The translations under genes were made by a program, and so were the position numbers. Below are positions 1-11,945 of a stretch of 64,000 bases of DNA, in pieces; the first letter of the stretch is position 1; each line of letters opens with the position of its first letter. Under the pieces are notes generated by a model. The model saw only the letters and a program-made list of their open reading frames with translations, was not told the DNA's origin and did not search any database. The DNA is from Octopus bimaculoides (lineage: Eukaryota), in the NCBI RefSeq assembly GCF_001194135.2, contig NC_068984.1, positions 134,163,073 through 134,227,072 of the forward strand. Reading direction: 5' to 3'.

Positions 1-215
1 ATATGTGCATATATATATATGTGTGTGTGCATATATATGTATATGTGCATATATATATATGTGTGTGTGCATATATATGTATATGTGCATATATATATGT
101 GTAGATATATATGTATATGTATATATATGTGTATATATATATATATATATATGCATAGACAGATGTATATATATATATATGTGGCGAGTGAAAGAGAGAG
201 TATTATTGTACTTAC

Positions 216-500
216 ATGCAACGAGTCATTAACGAGAAGATAAAAAGGACCGTCTCGACTATAAATAGAGTGGCCTTAACAGTTACCCCCCTCCCACTCT
301 CTCTCGTTGTCTGACCATTCCATTCTGGCGCACCACCCCCTACTGTATGTCTTTACGTCTGTCTGTGTGTAGTATTGATCAGTAATAAAAAAAAAAAGAC
401 ACCACCACCAGCAGCAGCAGCAACAACAACAACATCGACTGCTATGGCGTTTCGTTAACGACCCAATAATACTGGCGATGAGACTTATGTACACCAATGA
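216..500 (-). other. Possible first exon/promoter of a neighbouring gene running out of the window to the left
   Basis: CpG-rich non-repeat island ending in a consensus donor CAT|GTAAGT at 215, with an ATG at 229 (MTRC.). A CTATAAATAG motif lies at 259-268. Confidence 0.25.
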
Positions 501-576
501 CACTGTATAGTCACATATACATGCATGGACTTACACATAAACATATAGATAAATGACACACACACCTACACACACG

Positions 577-740
577 CGCAGGAGTGGCTGTGTGGTAAAT
601 AGCTTGCTTATGAACCACATGGTTCCGGGTTCAGTCCCACTGCGTGGCATCTTGGGCAAGTGTCTTCTACTATAGCCTCGGGCCAACCAAAACCTTGTGA
701 GTGGATTTGGTCGACGGAAACTGAAAGAAGCTCGTCGTAT
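577..740 (+). mobile_element. tRNA-derived SINE family A (CORE-like CTTGGGCAAG segment, microsatellite tail)
   Basis: A-box-like TGGCTGTGTGG and B-box-like GGTTCAGTCCC. Related copies at about 7655-7805(+), 20065-20225(-), 22980-23140(-), 54363-54480(-), 56283-56435(-) and 56660-56810(-). Confidence 0.8.
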
Positions 741-764
741 ATATGTATATGTATATATATATAT

Positions 765-1359
765 NNNNNNNNNNNNNNNNNNNNNNNNNNNNNNNNNNNN
801 NNNNNNNNNNNNNNNNNNNNNNNNNNNNNNNNNNNNNNNNNNNNNNNNNNNNNNNNNNNNNNNNNNNNNNNNNNNNNNNNNNNNNNNNNNNNNNNNNNNN
901 NNNNNNNNNNNNNNNNNNNNNNNNNNNNNNNNNNNNNNNNNNNNNNNNNNNNNNNNNNNNNNNNNNNNNNNNNNNNNNNNNNNNNNNNNNNNNNNNNNNN
1001 NNNNNNNNNNNNNNNNNNNNNNNNNNNNNNNNNNNNNNNNNNNNNNNNNNNNNNNNNNNNNNNNNNNNNNNNNNNNNNNNNNNNNNNNNNNNNNNNNNNN
1101 NNNNNNNNNNNNNNNNNNNNNNNNNNNNNNNNNNNNNNNNNNNNNNNNNNNNNNNNNNNNNNNNNNNNNNNNNNNNNNNNNNNNNNNNNNNNNNNNNNNN
1201 NNNNNNNNNNNNNNNNNNNNNNNNNNNNNNNNNNNNNNNNNNNNNNNNNNNNNNNNNNNNNNNNNNNNNNNNNNNNNNNNNNNNNNNNNNNNNNNNNNNN
1301 NNNNNNNNNNNNNNNNNNNNNNNNNNNNNNNNNNNNNNNNNNNNNNNNNNNNNNNNNNN
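765..1359. other. Assembly gap (others: 2642-3179, 5541-6357, 36236-36260, 45474-46031, 56246-56255, 57619-57628, 58941-58950)
   Basis: Runs of N, mostly next to microsatellites. Confidence 0.99.
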
Positions 1360-1895
1360 TGGCAGAATCGTTAGCACGCCGGGCGAAATGTTTAACGGTA
1401 TTTCGTCTGCCGTTACGTTCTGAGTTCAAATTCCGCCGAGGTCGACTTTGCCTTTCATCCTTTCGGGATCGAAAAATTAAGTACCAGTTACAATGTAATC
1501 GACTTAATCCCTTTGTCTGTCCTTGTTTGTCCCATCTATGTTTAGTCCCTTGTGGGCAATAAAGAAATACAAAAACGTTAGCACTGCGGCCGAAATGCTT
1601 AACCGAGGTCGACTTTGCCTTTCATCCTTTCGGAGTCGATAAATTAAGTACCAGTTGCGTACTGGAGTCGATCTAATCGACTGGCCCTCCCTTCTCAAAC
1701 ATTTTGGGCCTTGTGCGTAGAGTAGAAAAGATTATTTCTTCCAAACTACTTCTGAGTTCAAATTCCGCCAAGATCGACTTTGCTTTCATCCTTTCAGGGG
1801 TCAATAAATCAAGTACCAGTTGCGTACTGGGGTCGATGTAATCGACTTACCCCTCCCCCAAAATTCCAGGCCTTGTGCCTATAGTAGAAACGATC
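1360..1895 (+). mobile_element. Three tandem copies of SINE family B (tRNA head plus Meta/MESC-like central domain)
   Basis: Repeated GTTCAAATTCCGCCGAGGTCGACTTTGCCTTTCATCCTTTCGGGGTCGATAAATTAAGTACC core. The domain name is recalled from the literature, not verified by alignment. Confidence 0.8.
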
Positions 1896-2334
1896 ATTTC
1901 TTCCTTACTACATAGTGGATTTTGAGGGTGCAAGCATGTCCCGCGTTCGATTTTACTGTTAGTCATCTTGAGCAAAATTTGTTTTGTTCTTAATATTTAT
2001 ATATTATAGGTGAAGGCATTACTGTATGACTATGTAGTATCCCCTCCCAGTTCGCAACTTCATGTCTTCAGGTTCAGTCCCAAGCACCTTAAGCAAGTGT
2101 GTTCTACTGCAGTCCCGTGCCGATCAATGTTTTATGACCGCATTTTCATGAAATAATTACCCATTTTCTGAAAGTTCTGAGGAAACAAAGCCACGTCGAA
2201 TGAATTTTCCGAAAATCTTTTTCTATCTGCCGTAAAAACTTTTTTTTACAGCAAATTCTGATATAATCGGAATGTAGACCATCTGAAGAGCCTATTTGTA
2301 GAAGATTTTCGTTAACAATATCCAATTGTTCTAT

Positions 2335-2535
2335 GGCGGCGAACTGGCAGAAACGTTAACAAGCTGGGCGAAATGCTTAGCGGTATTTCGTCTGAGTTCA
2401 AATTCCGCCGAGGTCGACTTTACCTTTCATCCTCTCGAGGTCGAAAAATTAAGTACCAGTTGTGTACTGGGTTCGATCTAATCGACTGGCTCCCTCCCCC
2501 AAAATTTCAGGCCGTGTGCCTAGAGTAGATAAGAA
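2335..2535 (+). mobile_element. SINE family B copy
   Basis: Same head and core as 1360-1895. Confidence 0.8.
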
Positions 2536-3185
2536 TATCCATTTTTCTGAAAGTTATGAGGCATCAAAATCGGGCGGGGACACTTGTGTAGTTATGCCGT
2601 CTTGCTGATTAAACAACTGAATACTCATCGTCGAAATCAACNNNNNNNNNNNNNNNNNNNNNNNNNNNNNNNNNNNNNNNNNNNNNNNNNNNNNNNNNNN
2701 NNNNNNNNNNNNNNNNNNNNNNNNNNNNNNNNNNNNNNNNNNNNNNNNNNNNNNNNNNNNNNNNNNNNNNNNNNNNNNNNNNNNNNNNNNNNNNNNNNNN
2801 NNNNNNNNNNNNNNNNNNNNNNNNNNNNNNNNNNNNNNNNNNNNNNNNNNNNNNNNNNNNNNNNNNNNNNNNNNNNNNNNNNNNNNNNNNNNNNNNNNNN
2901 NNNNNNNNNNNNNNNNNNNNNNNNNNNNNNNNNNNNNNNNNNNNNNNNNNNNNNNNNNNNNNNNNNNNNNNNNNNNNNNNNNNNNNNNNNNNNNNNNNNN
3001 NNNNNNNNNNNNNNNNNNNNNNNNNNNNNNNNNNNNNNNNNNNNNNNNNNNNNNNNNNNNNNNNNNNNNNNNNNNNNNNNNNNNNNNNNNNNNNNNNNNN
3101 NNNNNNNNNNNNNNNNNNNNNNNNNNNNNNNNNNNNNNNNNNNNNNNNNNNNNNNNNNNNNNNNNNNNNNNNNNNNNNNGTTTAA

Positions 3186-3462
3186 CCCATTACCTACCAG
3201 TGATCTCATATGAGATCACTTAAAAATTACAAATTTCGTAATTATCTGTCAATATTTACACATATCTAACCTTTTTGCTATATCTACTAGGTATATTTCT
3301 CTGATATTCAAATGAGGTTTGCTAATTTTTCACCCAATATCTCGCTTATTTCTTTTTGAAATGTTATTTTGATCATTCCAGCGTGTTTCTAAGGCTGTTT
3401 TATGCTAGAAATCAAAGTTTCATAAAAAAATTCCAGTTAATAGAATTGTGGGAGGTAATGGG
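3186..3462. mobile_element. piggyBac-type MITE (277 bp)
   Basis: TTAA|CCCATTACCTACCA ... TGGGAGGTAATGGG|TTAA, i.e. near-perfect TIRs with TTAA target duplication. Internal 22-bp palindrome at 3199-3220. Confidence 0.8.
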
Positions 3463-3709
3463 TTAAAGAACAGCAATATAATCGTTGCAAAATCTCCTTC
3501 AAACAGGCAGAACTATGATTCCAAGATCGGAAGATAAAGGTTGGTGTTCATGTGTTTAGTTTGGCTCAACGTGAAGATTTCCAAGTCGTTTTAGCAATAA
3601 TGATGGTAGTCACTCGTAGGGCTAGAAAGACGGTTCTGCAATTTCTTGCTGAATAACTTACATAAATGATTTGTCTATTGCAATCAAACAAGTGTATGTG
3701 TTGTACCTC

Positions 3710-3905
3710 AGCTCACTCCCTCCATCAAATCGACGTCACCTGAAGAGGTGAACGATGTACCACACGTCAGGTGTCGGAATGATAACAGAGCATCGTGAGA
3801 TGAAATATTTTGCTCAAGAACGCAATGCACTTATCCGGTCCAGGAATTGAAACCACGATCTGTCGATCGGGAGTGAAACACCCTAGCCACTAAGCCATGC
3901 GCCAT
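3710..3905 (-). mobile_element. tRNA-derived SINE fragment (CORE-like)
   Basis: Reverse strand reads GGCGCATGGCTTAGTGGCTAGGGTG...GGTTTCAATTCC followed by GTTCTTGAGCAAAATA. Confidence 0.6.
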
Positions 3906-4431
3906 CATTCATTTTTATCAATAATGCACCCATGTATTACAGACACGAAAACGCTTATTTAACACTTTTAAATTCAAATATTGAAATATGTAATATTACA
4001 CACCCTTATTAAATTAATAAAAATATGGGCTCCCATATTAGAAATAAACATTCCAACTGTAAATACATAAGGATTTAAATTAATTACATGTTCACATAAT
4101 CAAAATTTTGAATAATTAATATTTTCAACAATTAAATTATCAGCACAAAATAATCGTGAAGAACATAACCTATAACAAAATATTGTTCGCTCTTCTCAGC
4201 CTAAGAATAAAGTTTCTAATTCAATGAAGAAATATTGCCTGCAGTTTGGGTTTATGGAAAAATAAGAATGCATGAGAATGCGTCCCCGTATGGAGAAGCT
4301 ATGAAGAATAACTAAGGAATGTACATTATGTACCAAAATATTAGTCTCCTTTGACTAGATATGGAGGTTGTGTATTTTATAGCGCGGGGTAACATTTTAA
4401 GTCGATTTGGCCGGTATTTCCAGCCGATCCG

Positions 4432-4812
4432 TGGAGGCGCAATGGCCCAGTTGTTAGGGCAGCGGACTCGTGGTCATAGGATCGCGGTTTCGATTCCCAG
4501 ACGGGGCGTTGTGATTGTTTATTGAGCGAAAATACCTAAAGTTCCACGAGGCTCCGGCAGGGGATGGTGGCGAACCCTACTGTACTCTTCCACCACAACT
4601 TTCACTCTTTCTTTCTGTTTCTGTTGTACCTGTATTTCAAAGAGCCAGCCTTGTTACACTGTGTCACGCTGAATATCCCCGATAACTACGTTCAGGGTAC
4701 ACGTGTCTGTGGAGTGCTCAGCCACTTGCACGTTAATTTCACGAGTAGGCTGTTCCGTTGATTGGATCGACTGGAACCCTCGACGTCGTAAGCGACGGAG
4801 TGCCAACAACCA
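4432..4812 (+). mobile_element. SINE family C, full length (about 380 bp)
   Basis: tRNA-like head GGAGGCGCAATGGCCCAG...GGTTTCGATTCCC and tail GGAGTGCCAACAAC. A second full copy lies at 57408-57812 and a related partial copy at about 7822-8000. Confidence 0.85.
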
Positions 4813-6381
4813 GCCAATTCAACGATCGCGTTGAGGCTTCTTCTCCACCTCAGAAGAAATGGGGTATGTTATAGTCAGCCCTTTCCCTCTGTGGCGTAGC
4901 GTGGGCTTTGGTTGCCCTGTGCTGTAGCTAAGCTGGCCATCCTCTATCTTGTACGTACCATATCTTCAACTACAGTGAATACTGGTAAAATAAAGTGGCA
5001 AAGTGGCCGGCTTCAGAGATGACTTCCAGCTCATAGCTATATGTTGGTGTTAAAACTGATGGACATATTAAGTGCTGCCGCCTGCAAAACAACGGCGATA
5101 CTTTCTACGGGTTTCCGACTACTCTCAAGGCTTTCACTCCGAAGGTCAATGTCCAATCTGCAGCGCACTGGGACCGAACCAGGAATTAAGTGATTGCGAA
5201 GTGAATTGCTTAACAATATGTCTCTATCAACATCCGAAGTGTCACTTAGGTATCTCTTGAGTTTCTTTCTTGCATGTGTATTAATGGATGCGTGCATATA
5301 TATATATATATATAAATACAAATAATAAATGGGTATATGCATATATACGTACATACCTTCATCTACATGTATATATAGATGCATACTTGAGTACAGGACG
5401 TTGCAAAAAACGTGGACAAAATGATAAACAGAGTACAGAAAACATACAGGCCACATAGAGAACATTTCCTTCATCAGCTGCCACCATTCTAAAACTAAGC
5501 GTTTCGAAGAGTTATATACATATATATATATATATATATANNNNNNNNNNNNNNNNNNNNNNNNNNNNNNNNNNNNNNNNNNNNNNNNNNNNNNNNNNNN
5601 NNNNNNNNNNNNNNNNNNNNNNNNNNNNNNNNNNNNNNNNNNNNNNNNNNNNNNNNNNNNNNNNNNNNNNNNNNNNNNNNNNNNNNNNNNNNNNNNNNNN
5701 NNNNNNNNNNNNNNNNNNNNNNNNNNNNNNNNNNNNNNNNNNNNNNNNNNNNNNNNNNNNNNNNNNNNNNNNNNNNNNNNNNNNNNNNNNNNNNNNNNNN
5801 NNNNNNNNNNNNNNNNNNNNNNNNNNNNNNNNNNNNNNNNNNNNNNNNNNNNNNNNNNNNNNNNNNNNNNNNNNNNNNNNNNNNNNNNNNNNNNNNNNNN
5901 NNNNNNNNNNNNNNNNNNNNNNNNNNNNNNNNNNNNNNNNNNNNNNNNNNNNNNNNNNNNNNNNNNNNNNNNNNNNNNNNNNNNNNNNNNNNNNNNNNNN
6001 NNNNNNNNNNNNNNNNNNNNNNNNNNNNNNNNNNNNNNNNNNNNNNNNNNNNNNNNNNNNNNNNNNNNNNNNNNNNNNNNNNNNNNNNNNNNNNNNNNNN
6101 NNNNNNNNNNNNNNNNNNNNNNNNNNNNNNNNNNNNNNNNNNNNNNNNNNNNNNNNNNNNNNNNNNNNNNNNNNNNNNNNNNNNNNNNNNNNNNNNNNNN
6201 NNNNNNNNNNNNNNNNNNNNNNNNNNNNNNNNNNNNNNNNNNNNNNNNNNNNNNNNNNNNNNNNNNNNNNNNNNNNNNNNNNNNNNNNNNNNNNNNNNNN
6301 NNNNNNNNNNNNNNNNNNNNNNNNNNNNNNNNNNNNNNNNNNNNNNNNNNNNNNNNNATATATATATACATATATATATAC

Positions 6382-6416
<35 letters not shown>

Positions 6417-6618
6417 CTTGTGTGCGTATGCATGTGTATGTATGAGAGTGAGTATGCGCGTCAATGTTTCAGTGAGCGTTTGTTATGTGCATACGAGTGT
6501 ATGATTGTGTGTGTGTGAGTGTGTTTATGTATATGCATGTCAACGCAGTCTCATATCTGGCCCTCCGTTTCTAGGCAGCTGTCGTTGTTGTCAAGTCATT
6601 ATAGCCAAGCTGACTGCA

Positions 6619-6659
<41 letters not shown>

Positions 6660-7139
6660 CATACATTCATATCATGTCTCAGCTTCTCTTTCCAGTTGCT
6701 TGTTCCTACATCTTTCAGTCTGCCTTGCTACACCAACTACATCTTGTTGACAATTATGTCCTAGTTCAAGAACGAACAGAACTTGTATATCAATCAACTT
6801 TGAACAGTGAATTGACCGCCAGAAGTCACCCCTCGAAACTTCTCCTCGTTATTATACTTATATTGATGTACGTTATGATAATCATTAGACCAGGTGAGAC
6901 GTTACTCATACTTGAAATTTTCTTTGTTTCATTCAGGATTTGCTGTATGGAGCGTGTTAGAAATGTATGTATGTATGTATGCATGTAAATTTATATATTT
7001 ATGTATGTGTGTGTGTGCATATGTGTATGTTTGTAAAGGTATATTTTCTAATTATGCATAATGATTCATACGTACGTGCATGCATATATACACACATGCA
7101 TATACAAAAATATATGCATATGTATATATATATATATAT

Positions 7140-7200
7140 ATGTTGTTGTACTTGGGGATGGTCATACTGGCAATATGACCATCCCCAAGTACAACAACAT
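7140..7200. repeat. Perfect 27-bp inverted repeat with a 7-nt loop
   Basis: ATGTTGTTGTACTTGGGGATGGTCATA-CTGGCAA-TATGACCATCCCCAAGTACAACAACAT. Confidence 0.95.
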
Positions 7201-7243
7201 CTGTTTCAACACACGTTTTCACATCAAAAATCTTGCAAAACAA

Positions 7244-7340
<97 letters not shown>

Positions 7341-7364
7341 TAGACATGAACATACACATATATG

Positions 7365-7530
7365 CAGGACCGGCCCTAGGGTTACTGGCGCCCCGGACAA
7401 GCTGAACTTCGGCGTGTACAAGCTGATGGTCATGGAAAATTTCTTGTCTTTGTCACGTCCTCTTTGGCACCCCCTAGCAGATGGCGCCCTGGGCGACTGC
7501 CCAAGTTGCCTGTACGTTGAGCCAGCCCTG
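7365..7530. mobile_element. hAT-type MITE (166 bp) with 8-bp TSD
   Basis: Ends CAGGACCGGCCCT ... GAGCCAGCCCTG are imperfect TIRs, flanked on both sides by CATATATG (7357-7364 and 7531-7538). Confidence 0.8.
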
Positions 7531-8573
7531 CATATATGTACGAGCACGCACACACATTTCTTTCTTTCTATCTATCTATCTATCTATAAGCATACATATA
7601 TATGCATGTGTATACGGATATGCTTACATATGAAACCGCTTACTATTTACATATGTGTGGTGAGAAGTTTGCTTCCCAATAGCACGGTTCCGAGTTCAGT
7701 CCCACTGCGTGATACCTTGGCCTAGTATCCTCCACTATAGCCCGGGGCTGACGAAAGCCTTGCTTGTGGATCTAGTTGACAGAAACTGAAAGAAGCCTGT
7801 CGTTTACACACACACACACATAGTGAAGGCACGTACCTTCGTGGTTATGGTATTTGGCTCACTGTCGTAAGGTTGTGAGTTCGATTCCTGGCGGTACGTT
7901 GTGTCCTTGAGCAAGACACTTTATTTCACATTGCTTCAGTCCAGCCAACTGGCGAAAATGAGTAGTACCCGTAACTTAAAGTGTCAGCCGTGTCACACTG
8001 TTGGGCCACTGGACTCAACACGTTTTTTTTTTTCATTCTCTCTCTATTCATTTCCTCTTATCTGAAGAGCGTAGGCTGGAAACGTAAAAGACTTTTCCAT
8101 TTTCCCCAAGCATCAACCTAATACACTTGCTTGTTGTTCCTACACCTGTCTTTGTGTTTCTATAAATTTGATGTCACTGCAGTGACATCTACTTAGCACA
8201 TAGCTATTTATCCAGACCATGTCGTCGCTCAACAGAGGTTCCCACTGCACATTCTACAAATTTAGGTATAGTAATAAAAGCTACAGGCTGCAGTGCGTCA
8301 GTCAGAATATATACACTCTTTGCATTCCATCCGCTGATTAAGGTGATGTTCATAGCAGAAGTGGACAAGATGGTCAGGGTGTAACTGTTAGCGTTTCTTT
8401 TTTGCATTTGTGCTGCAAAAATTCTTGATGTGAAAACATGTTGAAACTGATTTTAGGACGGTCACACTGCTAAAAAAAAAAAACACGTGCACTGGTTATG
8501 TGTCACTTCACTTTTATTACCAATAACTTTTTAAGTGAATTTGGTGAACGGAAATTGTGTGGAAGCCCGCCTC

Positions 8574-8605
<32 letters not shown>

Positions 8606-8931
8606 TCGTGTCTATGTTTGTCACCCCACCTTGCCACCGCTTGACAATCTGTTGCTTTGTTAATGCCTTCGCAACTTAACGGTTCAGCAGTTGTCAGTAG
8701 AATAAGTAACAGACTTAGGAAAAAAAAAAAAAACAAAAAAAAAACAAACAAATATGAATACACTAAGAACTAATTTTCTTGAATACGCAGTGCTGAAATT
8801 GGGGTGCGTCTATTATGTCATCAAATATCGATTCTCCGGAATCGATAAGTAATCGGTGTCAACTTTGTCTCTCCGCATCAAAAACTGATTGCATGCTTGA
8901 AGAATGAATCAATATCTAATGATATATACAT

Positions 8932-8967
<36 letters not shown>

Positions 8968-9780
8968 GCATATATACATACGTATATGTACATACATCTA
9001 TACGTATGTATATATGCATATGTGGGCACAGGACGTCATGAAACGTGTACAACTACAAAATAAAAATACGAAGTACGAATACATGGAATATGAACTATTT
9101 TCTCGAACAACGAAAGACACAAATGGAAAACAAGACAAACAAGTCTAACGTTTCGGGCAGAACCCTTCGTTGGAGAGAGAAGAAATGTTAATCGTGTTGA
9201 AGGATGTAATAGGATTAATGAATGAGTTATTGAACGAGAAAGAGAGAGGGGGAGAGGGAGGGAGAGAGAGGGGGAGAGGAGAGAGGGGGAGAGGAGAGAG
9301 GGGGAGAGAAGAGGGAAGTAAGGAAGGAGGAAGAGGTGACAAGTGATACAAGTGGGGTGGTCATTGAGAGGAGGAAAAAATAAAAGGAACGCCAACAGAT
9401 TTGAAAAACATTGAGGTAGAGAGAGAGGTAGAATGAGAGAGAGAGAGAGAAACGTAGAGGGAGAGAGATAGAGAGGGTGAGGTGTGCAGAGAAAGTAGTA
9501 CTTAGCAACGGATGTGTAGCAACAGATTACAACCAAACTCTGTGGGAAGCGTGTATTTATAGAATAAATTAATCAACATTTTGTATTAAAGGATGGGTGG
9601 TTTAGTCGTTGTTCATTCACTCTAATGAGCAATATGATAAATTACTTTAAAGAAGACATTGGAAAATGGGGATGCAGAAGATTGTGAAGAAAACAACCAG
9701 AAATTGATGGCACTTTCAATATTAAAAAGACCAAAGAATGAATGAGAAATCATGTTTAATACCAACGTGTTTGAATTTTC

Positions 9781-10400
9781 TTATACTCTTTTACTTGTTT
9801 CAGTCATTTGACTGCGGCCATGCTGGAGCACCGCCTTTAGTCGAGCAAATCGACCCCAGGACTTATTCTTTGTAAGCCTAGTACTTATTCTATCGGTCTC
9901 TTTTGTCGAACCGCTATGTTACGGGGATGAGGAGGAATGATTGATCCAATGCTGTAACTAGGGAACCTAATATTGGAATGCTGATAAGGCGACGACCTGG
10001 CAGAAACGTTAGCACGCCGGTCGGAATGCTTAGCAGTATTGCGTCTGTCTTTATGTTCTGAGTTCAAATTCCGCCGAGATCGACTTTGCCTTTCATCCTT
10101 TCGGGGTCGATTAAATAAGTACCATTAACGCACTGGGGTCTATGTAATCGACTTAATTCCTTTGTCTGTCCTTGTTTGTCCTCTCTATGTTTAGCCCTTT
10201 GTGAGCAATAAAGAAATAAGAAACGTTAGCATGCTGGGCGGAATGCTTAGCGGTATTTCGTCTGTCTTTACGTTCTGAGTTCAAATTCCGCCGAGGTCGA
10301 CTTTGCCTTTCATCCTTTCGGAGTCGATAAATTAAGTACAATTTGTGTACTGAGGTTGATCTAATCGACTGGTCCCTCTCCCAAAATTTCGGAATGCTGA
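9781..10400. mobile_element. Cluster of SINE family B: reversed 3' tail (9781-9950) plus two tandem forward copies (9985-10400)
   Basis: Same core as 1360. The tail CTTGTTTCAGTCATTTGACTGCGGCCATGCTGGAGC recurs at 22740 and 56465. Confidence 0.8.
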
Positions 10401-10495
10401 TGGAGACAAGACTGAAAAACAACAAAACAATTACCAAACATACACATACATATACGAGTCCTGTGGAAAGGCATTTTGGAGCGAGTCTAGAAATA

Positions 10496-10622
10496 CAGGA
10501 TGTCCACAAAGTTTGGGTACATTGGGATTAACACATATTTCAAGAAATTATTATTTCTTATATTTAATTGTTCGTGTTATGATTTTATTTACTCCATGTA
10601 CTCAGACTTTGTGGACACCCTG
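10496..10622. mobile_element. Tc1/mariner-type MITE (127 bp)
   Basis: TA|CAGGATGTCCACAAAGTTTGGGTACA ... TGTACTCAGACTTTGTGGACACCCTG|TA, with TIRs of about 26 bp and TA TSD. Confidence 0.82.
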
Positions 10623-11734
10623 TATATTATTGCCTGGAACTAATGATTTCATAAGTTCTGGGATGTGTTACGTAATTTTCCCAACGGCCATAATTAATCC
10701 ACTAGCTGATGTGTTCTAAATACTGATTTGTACATAAACATTGAGAGAACATGTGTGGATTTTGGTTGGCCCAAAGCTGAATAAGACTCAAATAGGCAAA
10801 AGCTATGATAATTCAGACGTACGGTCTATAAGTTATTTCTGAGAGGTATAAACCGCAAAGTATTTTAGAACGAGGATAGAAATGGATAGAAAATTGATCA
10901 TCTCGTATGCTCTACGAAGTGTTTTATAATGTTGTTTTCTCTCTCTTTTTCTAAGAGTACCGTATCTAAATAAACGTGGACTAGAATTAGAGTGTTGGAC
11001 TTAGAGAGTTAGTGTTGTCTACTCGGTTAAAATAAGTAATAGCCGTGTTGAATATAACCCTCTTTCCCTCTAGCTGTCATAGTCTACGGTGTCTATGTGT
11101 GTTTGTGGTACAATAGTATTTAAAACAATGAGCGAAAACATGATACGTGCTAACAAGTCGTACTCGTTTGTGAGTGACTGCTGTGTTCGTTTTAGTTTTA
11201 TCTAAATAAACTATGAATATTCTAAATAACAAACTGAAGAAAGAGCAGTCGAAAAACATGCGAGACATAAAGCAATTTAAAAACTCACCAATAGAGGAAA
11301 AGTATGGCATGGAAATACATTTCTGTTGACATGATTTAAACTCGTCTCAATAATTTCTGCAATGACGTCCACCAGAAGTCTTGTAAAAGTTGTGCATTTG
11401 TCGTATTTCTCACGGAAATTGGATTAGTAATCGTTTTAATATAATTATAATGTACAATATCGAAGCAATTTATTTGTTTTTCTGCTAGAAAATGTATTTA
11501 ACTAAAACGACTTTAACACTGATGTTGTTACCATTTTGATTTTTCAGGCTCTGCTGTTGCTACTAAGCAGAATTTGCGACATACAAACTACTTTTCTTTT
11601 TTAATATCAATTTTTGAAACTTGAACAAAAAGCTGCTTTAAATTTCTCTGAAAATAATTCTTTTTAGAAAGAAAAGAAGAAATCAGAAGCAAGGAGAATA
11701 AGAAACAATTATTAAAGGATAAACATAATATTGG

Positions 11735-11945
11735 TTTCAAATTTTGGCACAAGGCCAGCAATATCGGGGGAACGGATAAGTCGATTACATCGACCCTATT
11801 ATTCAACGGGTACTTATTTTATCGACCTCGGAAGGATGAAAGGCAAAGTCAGCCTTAGCAGAATTTGAACTCGGATCGTAAAAACGGACGAAGTGTCACC
11901 AAACATTTTGCCGGGTAGCAATTCTGCCAGTGTGCCGCCTTAAGA
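11735..11945 (-). mobile_element. SINE family B copy
   Basis: Reverse complement of the family B core. Confidence 0.78.

Noticed and set aside
4432-4510. tRNA gene (also other SINE heads)
   Set aside because: The tRNA-like head continues into a 380-bp dispersed repeat body, so it is a SINE rather than a tRNA gene.
5440-5510. Type II hammerhead (GAAAC upstream of CTGATGA on the minus strand)
   Set aside because: Stem I does not pair and the stem II closing pair mismatches; only a relic half-motif.
608-6464. Long ORFs of 200-475 aa in the ORF track (also 45407-46074)
   Set aside because: They run through N gaps and (TA)n tracts and are artefacts.
6967-7725. 252-aa ORF and other [12 protein letters not shown] ORFs throughout the window
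   Set aside because: Translations of (TA)n/(CA)n microsatellites plus MITE and SINE sequence.
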